Below are positions 56,501 to 64,000 of a stretch of 64,000 nucleotides of DNA, piece by piece. The notes beneath the pieces were generated by a model, which had not been told where the DNA came from, did no database searches, and saw nothing but the letters and a program-made list of their open reading frames with translations. The DNA lies in the NCBI GenBank assembly GCA_051362555.1, contig CM120640.1:65202788-65266787 (forward strand). The letters run 5' to 3'. Within the stretch, counting starts at the first letter, position 1. Each line of letters begins with the position of its first letter. The position numbers and the translations under genes were made by a program. Source of the stretch: Lingula anatina (Eukaryota; Animalia; Brachiopoda).

Positions 56501-59500
56501 TAAAAGTTTAGATAATTTGATGCTTCATCACAACTGAACTCTCAAGTTATTACATTTCATATATGTTGATGTATATTATGATAGTAATGAAACTGGTTGG
56601 GGTAAATTAAACATTGTGTGTGTGTGTGAGTGTTTTGTGCAGATTAATTTTAGCAGCAATTTCAGAGAGTGTGGGTCTGTTACAAAATATTTCTAATTAC
56701 CTGTATGTATAACAATAACTTTGCTTTTTAGTTAATAAAGGTAAACATAGGTATGAGGAGAAGACCTTTCTCACCTGTACACTGGTTTCACATATGATGT
56801 CAGCATTTCTAGGGCTGTTTGTAAGGAAACCCATTTCACCCAGAACATTACCAGCTGACAAATAGTCCATCACTTCCTCATCGTGCGATATTCCTCCTTC
56901 AGTCTTATCTTCATTGACACCTTGAAGCTGGTATAAAAAGTCAGGTTTATATATATATAAATTACAACAAAATTTCCAATATCATCCTTTGTCCTTGGGT
57001 GGAATGGCAGCAGCATCTCCAATAATTAAAACAGAGAAAAATCAATGTAAACGTGGTGACAAAGCTTGAGTTCAAGGTTTTATTTTGATAAATGAATGGA
57101 GGAAAAACATACCTTGACCATGCCAGAGAGTAGTATATATATGCCATTAGGCAGATCTCCTCTCCTCATCAGAGTGTCTCCATAGTTGTACGTCAGTAAC
57201 TCAGCTCTTTCCTAGAAACATTGTCCAGAGCTAAGTTGCTTTCCAAAAAGAGTATTTTAAACAAAAATTATGTCACATAAATTATATAACAAAAGCTTTG
57301 ACTTTTTAACCTGTATATATTGTTTTTGTTGGTTTTCAGAGTGTGATAAAATAGCTCATTTCCCAAACTTACCACAAAAAATTCCAGAAGTCTATCATCT
57401 CCTTTAAGCCATGCAACATTGCGCAGCAGATGAATGGGAGAAGGTGGAGGAATGCTTGAAGGTGCTTTGAGAAGTTTCTTCATTCTTTCTTCAACCATCT
57501 GCAAAAAAAACATCAATTTAATCATTTTATCAAAACCTTTTTATACTTGGTGCCAAATACGGCCTGTATATATGTTTCATAATTTAGGCAATTACATAAT
57601 ACCATTTCTAACTTTTGTCCTTCCATTTCATCTAGGAGTCCATCCCCTCTCAGCTCAAGAATGGAGTCTCTTAATGTGTTCAGGACACTTCGAATGGCTT
57701 GTCTTGTCTTAACTGATACTGCAATACCTGGGTGTTCCCTTTGAAGTAAACCTGAAACATAAATGAGAAAAAAAATTATTTCAGAAGCTAATGTAAGTTT
57801 TCCTGTTGGACTTAAAACCCATGTGTACTGGTATATATTTTTAAATTGTCATCAAGAATCCCCTCAATAAATTTGACATTTTTTACAGAGATGTTCATAA
57901 TATAGATTATTTGTCAAAATTTTATGACTTAAAGAAGAATGAAATCGGTTCTAGAAGTTCAGTAATTGGAATCACCAACCTAGTTCTCTTATGACTTCTA
58001 GTCTTCCTTTGTCTGACACTTGTTTTAGAATGACAGCTATTTTCTTGTTGTCATTGATGTGGTCAATAAGCTTTTTTACCTCTTCTTCACCCACCACATA
58101 TCCCTTTCCTACATCATACCCATAGCTTAACATTTGGTTGATTTGACGGTTAAGGAAAGCAATTATCTTTGGAATCAGGGGCTAAAATCCAAAGATGAGC
58201 ATATATTTTAGTGAATGCTTCAGGGGAGAGACCAGGTGCAATACAGAAAAGTATGCTTATTTAGCACCAAATACCAAATTTCCTCATTATTACTGGTGAA
58301 TGTGAACTTGCTCATTTGAAAACACATGAAAAAAAACAGTTATGTGAAATGTTGTCTCGTACTAGGGTTTGCATGTGTGTAAAAAAGAGACTTCTATAGA
58401 AGCATACTTCATTGCTAATTTGTATATGTAGAGAAGAGGAAGGGACCAATGTGCCATACCTTAAATAGGCGTAGCAACCTGCTCATCCTGAGCAATCTGA
58501 AAATCTTGGGAATTTTCAGTAGGTTCGGATTAAATGCTTCTGCTGCAGATCCCAAGTCAACTGTCAGATCAATGGCAATGTCAACTACTGACAGAGCAAT
58601 GATAACCAGATCAAACTTGTTCCAGTGACTTGCAAAGTAATATTTTCCATATGAAAGAATCTGAAAGAGTTGAGTATTTCAAGATTTTTCAAATGCAAAT
58701 AGTAGCATATGAATTATTGTTGTATTCTTTATATTATGCACAGGTTTTTGAATTGTTTTAATCTGATACACACTTGTTTCAATGGGGTAATAACATTCTA
58801 AATTCAAACAAAGATAAGTTATTTCCCCCCAAAATAATATTTAGTCTGTCAAACCAGGAAAAAATTATGCCAAAGTACTGAAAAATGTTTGTTCATATCA
58901 GAAGTCACCTTTTTGTAAGTGACAAAAAAGATAAATGAAAAAAATCTGAAAAGTCTTTTGTTTGAAAGCTGTTAGTCAGTTATATGACATAAAATTGTTC
59001 TTTTGTGGTCATCTCCAGATGGCTTACACTTTATCACTTGTTCTTTCGTATTTTTCTTTTTTGTTAGCTGTATTCTTGCAAAATCGTAAGATATAGATAT
59101 TCCATAACTTACTTTGGATACTTACTTTGAGACCTGCTTCAATAATATACAAAGAAAAGAAGATGTAGTTGATAATGTCAAACATAACTTTGTGATGTTC
59201 TTCATTTGATATATCCCAACTTGTCTCCACGATGATAGGTATCATATTCAAGAAAATCACAGTGTACACAATGGATTCAAAGGCAACTGAATTCACCATT
59301 TTGTAGATTTTTCGAAGGAGAGGTCTTTTTGGAGGAGGAACAGATTGTATTTTGGTGTCCAATATCCAGCTCTCTAGTTTCCTTTTCTGAAATCAATAGT
59401 AGATGTTTAACATTTTTTATGTGCTTTTTCATATGCCTTACTCAAGCTTTCATGTTTGAAGCATGTGGTATTTTGCTGAAAAAATGATAACAATGTTAAA

Positions 59501-62500
59501 ATGATTTCTGTGGTGCAAATTGGGTGAAAATCAATTGAAATCCACATTGCGTGATTGTGCTAAAGTCACTCCCTAGACCGAATTACTAAAGTATCAGCTT
59601 TTTTCAGTTCAAAGTTCCCATCCCATGGAAATATGATGACAAGCTTTCTAAAGATGTCATAATGTCCCAGATTATAATTTATACCTTAACTGTGTAAAAG
59701 AAATAATTTCAAAAGTGACCTGGAGAAAAATATATGTAGTCACATGATTGCCACGTGGTCATCTCCAGATGGCTTACACTTTTTTCACTTGGGTAAAGCA
59801 GATGGATCCCTGATTTGACCCAGGTTACTTCAGACATCAATGTGCACATTTTTAGGTGTGCCTGTTGGATTCAAACTTACCAAAAGTGGATAAATTCCTT
59901 TGATTTGCCAACTTTTCTTGATTTCTTCCACATCAACAAATCTGGAAAAGTTGGAATATATAGATATGATTTGAAATATACAAAAAAAATATAATTTACC
60001 ACACACTGCTAGAGAGGTGTCTATGACTATGGTGACTCTAGCAGTAGTTGAATGAAAAATAAGATTCTTACCCTCCTTCATGGTCTGCAGCATGTTCAGT
60101 TTGGTCTACCAGTTTCCTGACAGCCTCTCTGGACAGCATGCCATGTTCAAACTGCTTCCAATAAGAAACCTGGTGTGAAAAATTTTATTGTTATTTTGAT
60201 ATAAACCAAGGGGTAAAAAAAAGCAAAATACTTCATGATAATAAATTTGATACCACTTTCAATTTTTTACTAAAAAAGCTTTGCCAATTTTACCATACAC
60301 ATTAAGTCATAGCAGTGTTTCCAGAAAAGTTTTTAAATCATTTCATATGCAAAATGCATTTCTATCTGTTACCCATTCTCATGATGTCCAGTTATTGGTT
60401 AAAGTTTAAATAAAGATATGACATATGTTAATTACATAAAATTTGCAAATAACAACAACAAAAAAAACCACCTTACTTTTAACAGAAAATGCACCTTTAA
60501 TTATAACAGAAAACAAAACTTGAAAATTGGTACCTTTTCAGCTCTCAACATCCTAAGTCTTGCCTCATTGACCATTTCCTTATATTCCTGTGGTGAGGGT
60601 TCTGCTGGCACTGCTGTTTCACAGTCAGGGCAGGTGGTAGTACGGTTGTAATATACCAAGCTGTCCAGCTCTGCCTACAAGACATTGAGATAAAGATGTA
60701 GCTTTATTGCTTCAATATTTTGGATGGTGCATTGGGCACATACTCTGGACAGCAGTTTTGCATCAGTACAAGAATAGAATTCATTGCCTACTAGTATCTT
60801 CCAAACATGGATGGATTCGTGTCTATCAAAGTGGCATACCTCTTCTTCAGTAGTATGATATGGATCTGAAATTTCACATGACTCTTCAACCATGTCCCAG
60901 TCAGCGTCAGCTAAAAAGCGATCAGCCTTCAGAACATTCAGAGTCCTTCCCTTTGTTTCCTTCAAATGCCTTACAGCATTGGCCATTGTCATTCTTTTGG
61001 CTGTTGAAATGTCACTCATTCCTGGTATAAGTTAGAGAGTATATATTTTGAAGATGTATATTTGTAGTGAAGTGAACTGTCATATGGATTGTGGCTAGTG
61101 TGTCTGACATTGCTCAAAGTTAAAATATTTTTGTAATTGCATATAGATTTACAGATTTATCATGATAATATTACTTGGACATTTCAAATAAGAAAAGGAT
61201 AAATTCTTTTTATAATTATTATTTTATCTTCTTGTCAGCAAACTCAAGTGTATGCTGTAATTTATATGATTTGTGGGTACCTTAATGTAAGAATTTCTCT
61301 TTATATATCACTTAAGAAGTTTGAGTTGCTTTTCTTCACAAATCTGTTTTATTTTTTGAAATAGAGGTAGTCATGCCCTTGTTTGGGTAATCTTGACATA
61401 CAGTAAAATAATAAAGTAATAGTACATGGCTGTCAAAACTGTCGATGTCCAAAAGATACTGGAGACTAGTTCAAGAATCTTGGGCTACTGAAATTAGGAC
61501 TTTTGAGCACCTTTACAGAGTTAATCCTTATTGAAAAAGAAAGGCAATGAAATCCATGAATTGCTTAATAGACGTTTTGCTTTTATGGAGCGATCCCACA
61601 TGTGTTTAATAGTCAATTAATGAATAGAGATACCCACCCAATATCTTGAGAAGCGTAGAGATTGTGGTTGCATTAATCAGCAGCGTCAAGATTACTATAC
61701 CAGAAACGTGCAAAAGCATCTGAAAGAAGTAAATAAGATTGCAATATTTTGTTCTTTGCGTCAAGCTATTCACTGAGAAAAAACGCCAGACTCTTATTGA
61801 TGGAATATTGTCACGTCACAAAATATAATTACCTTATTTCCTTTTATATTGATAGGTGCATCAGGGTTAAGCTCAGGGTCCTGAGCAACTAATAACCCCA
61901 AGGCTAATCCAACTGCACCACGGAGACCTCCCCAAGTCATTACGGCTCCGTTTTTCCAATTCATGCCGTACCCAATTCGTTTTAGAACAGGACTGAATAA
62001 GCATATCACCAACGCTCTATTAACAAATAAAAAATGACAAAAAGACAACTGTAATGTTCATATTATAAACTACATCATTGCGTATTTCAATCATAATACA
62101 TTACATTTCATGGTTTTGAATTGAAAAAAGGGGGCCGTGGCAATAGCCCGAAGGTTCATTGGCCCGAATGTTCACTATAGAACCCTCGGAACAACGAACC
62201 CTTGATTAAAAAACTGATGAAAACGTTACGATTTTTCGGACCAGTGAACCTTCGGACTATCGAGACGCCCCTTGGAGACTTGCCTTTATGCTTTGGATAA
62301 ATGTGGATACATTGATTCCATTTTGACTTTATTCTGACTACTTCAGTGGTCGGTAATATACAATATTTACTCTGCGTTAATTTAAAAGTAAATGTATATA
62401 CAGGGTGGTCCATAAGAATGACCTATTTTACTTTCCATCTCAATTTTGATATACATATAATTAAGATATTTCTAACCTTCTGTCAGCAAATTGTTCCATA

Positions 62501-63493
62501 AGTATGATCATTTTATCCATGCAAATTCTGTAGACATTGGAAACCTTTAAGGTAGTCAAAGGGGCCATTCAGAATAGATTATCCGAGTACTAACTAATCC
62601 GTCAACGGCCGGACCACACTTCAAAAGCAATGCCGCTAATTCCATGCTGGTCTCCCAGGCTCTTGCAATCATGCCAGCCGGACTGTTCCTTACTTCTCTT
62701 CATATGGTGGTCTTTAAAGTGTCTAGTTTGTGGATTGTTAGCATAGATTCTTTCCTTAAGGCACCCCTAAAAGAATAAATCTGGGGGATTGAGATCTGGC
62801 GAGAAGGGTGGCCAAGGAAAGTCCATGCGACGTGAGATAATGCTGATTGAAATTTGGCTACCTTAAAGGTTTCCCATTTCTGCAGAATTAGCGAGAATAA
62901 AATGGTCATTCTTAGGGGACAATTTGTTGAAAAAAAGTTGGAAATATCTTAATTATATAAAAATTGAGATGGAAAGTAAAAAAAAGATCGTTTTTTTGGA
63001 CCAGCCTGTATTTATATTTTTCATATACATATCCGACCTTATTACTATAATCCCAAAGTACAGGGCAATCATGTAAAACCAGTCTTTACCAACCGCATGG
63101 CTGAGGGAACGCTCTGTGATCACCACGCCCACAAGAATAAAGATCAAGGTATTGGCCAGGTATGCCATCATTTCCCAAAATCTGAAATACAATTCTGAGG
63201 TTCTTACAAACAGTTAAACACACTAAGAAAATGGAAGAACCACGTATATGTGAATTAAGTACTTTATTGCAGCAATTGGGCAATAAAAGAAACAGTAGAC
63301 TCTGATCTTTAATTTAGGATACAGATAATTTGTTGAATGATCAATTATTGTTTTCTAGCATGGCTAGCAGTATCAATCGATTACCTGTGCAAGAAAGCTT
63401 CTACTTCAGGACTAATACTGGTTCTTTCCGCATTTAAGATCACCCCAACAACCACGATTGCTAACACCCCGGAGACTCCAAAGAAATTTTCAC
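53547..63493 (-). CDS. SLC9C1: Sperm-type voltage- and cyclic-nucleotide-gated Na+/H+ exchanger (SLC9C), 5'-partial; last exon tentative
   Basis: NHE exons (GVSGVLAIVVVG; FWEMMAYLANTLIFILVG; TWGGLRGAVGLAL; LLINATTI), cytosolic helices (ADADW; CPDC..VPAEPSP..ARLRMLRAEK), a VSD (S1-S2 at 59126-59386, S3-S4 at 58460-58640) and a CNBD (56775-56927, LGEMGFLTNSPRNA). In-phase tail exons are 55322-55240, 54189-54004 and 53783-53547. Confidence 0.92.
54213..54531. mobile_element. TTAA-flanked MITE (Kolobok-like), copy 2
   Basis: TTAA|AGGGATAATAA...TTATTATCCCT|TTAA. Reverse-complement homolog of 35710-36027. Confidence 0.82.
55768..56173. mobile_element. EnSpm/CMC-like MITE
   Basis: AT|CCCAGCTA...TAGCTGGG|AT with a 2-bp TSD and internal AATGTT/AACATT subterminal motifs. 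Confidence 0.55.
62131..62271. mobile_element. Small palindromic MITE
   Basis: GGGGCCGT..ATAGCCCGAAGGTTCATTGGCCCGAA versus TTCGGACCAGTGAACCTTCGGACTAT..ACGCCCC. No clear TSD. Confidence 0.6.
62401..63008 (-). mobile_element. Tc1/mariner deletion derivative in an SLC9C intron
   Basis: TA|CAGGGTGGTCCA...TGGACCAGCCTG|TA. The minus strand retains WPPFSPDLNP (~62813-62784), the C-terminal DDE/D-domain motif. Confidence 0.85.
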
Positions 63494-64000
63494 CTGGGCA
63501 AAGCATTACATAAAGAAGTTGAATTAGATTTTACAAATCTTAAAAGCTCTATTTCATACCGACAGAATTTTTTTGATAATACTCCGGTTATTAGTCCATT
63601 CATTTAAAAAATATAATAGCTACTGTCTAAAGATGAGCCTTGTTATTGTTTGGATCAAGTAGAGATTCATTTTTAAACGTCACAAAAACAGTCAAAGCAG
63701 AAGAATAGGTTTATTTATTTATTTATTTATTTATTTATTTTTTGCTTCGGCCATTTTTCATCTTCACCAAAATTTTCAGTAGTGAGTTTGTGATTGTCAA
63801 ATGAATTATCAAATGTAACAGTTCTGTTGGCAGTTGAATTTTCTTTCTGATACATATTATTCTCACTATTTATATTGTGTCTATCAGACCTGACTTCTTA
63901 AGCAAACGTTGTAGGGGCGAATTTTTTTATTTTTATTTTTATTATTATTTTTTTTTTTTTCATTTGCAGTGCTAAACCAGTAGAATTGTATAATTCTGGG

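Overview
AT-rich, intron-rich animal genomic DNA, most likely from a marine invertebrate (the repeat families look lophotrochozoan or mollusc-like, which is inference). It is not prokaryotic, so most of the supplied ORFs are spurious or exon fragments. Manual splicing gives six genes: harmonin/USH1C (+, 4248-27764), SKP1 (-, 33898-35459), FGFR1OP2/SIKE (+, 38952-39971), TM7SF3 (-, 44443-49115), the RNA ligase RLIG1/C12orf29 (+, 49701-53006) and a 5'-truncated voltage- and cAMP-gated Na+/H+ exchanger SLC9C (-, ~53547 to >63493). There are two head-to-head promoter pairs. Mobile DNA is abundant: a 3.7-kb Academ (XPG/Cys-rich type) transposon with ~500-bp inverted repeats and an intact 3-bp TSD, three Helentron-associated (HINE/DINE-1-like) elements carrying 146-bp or 159-bp tandem arrays, a Tc1/mariner relic, and several MITE families. 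The most notable items are the FGFR1OP2-TM7SF3 pair in the same arrangement I recall for human, the satellite-carrying rolling-circle elements, the Academ element and a near-perfect intronic hairpin. I found no convincing wholly novel system. Gene identities come from recalled homologous sequences, not from database searches.
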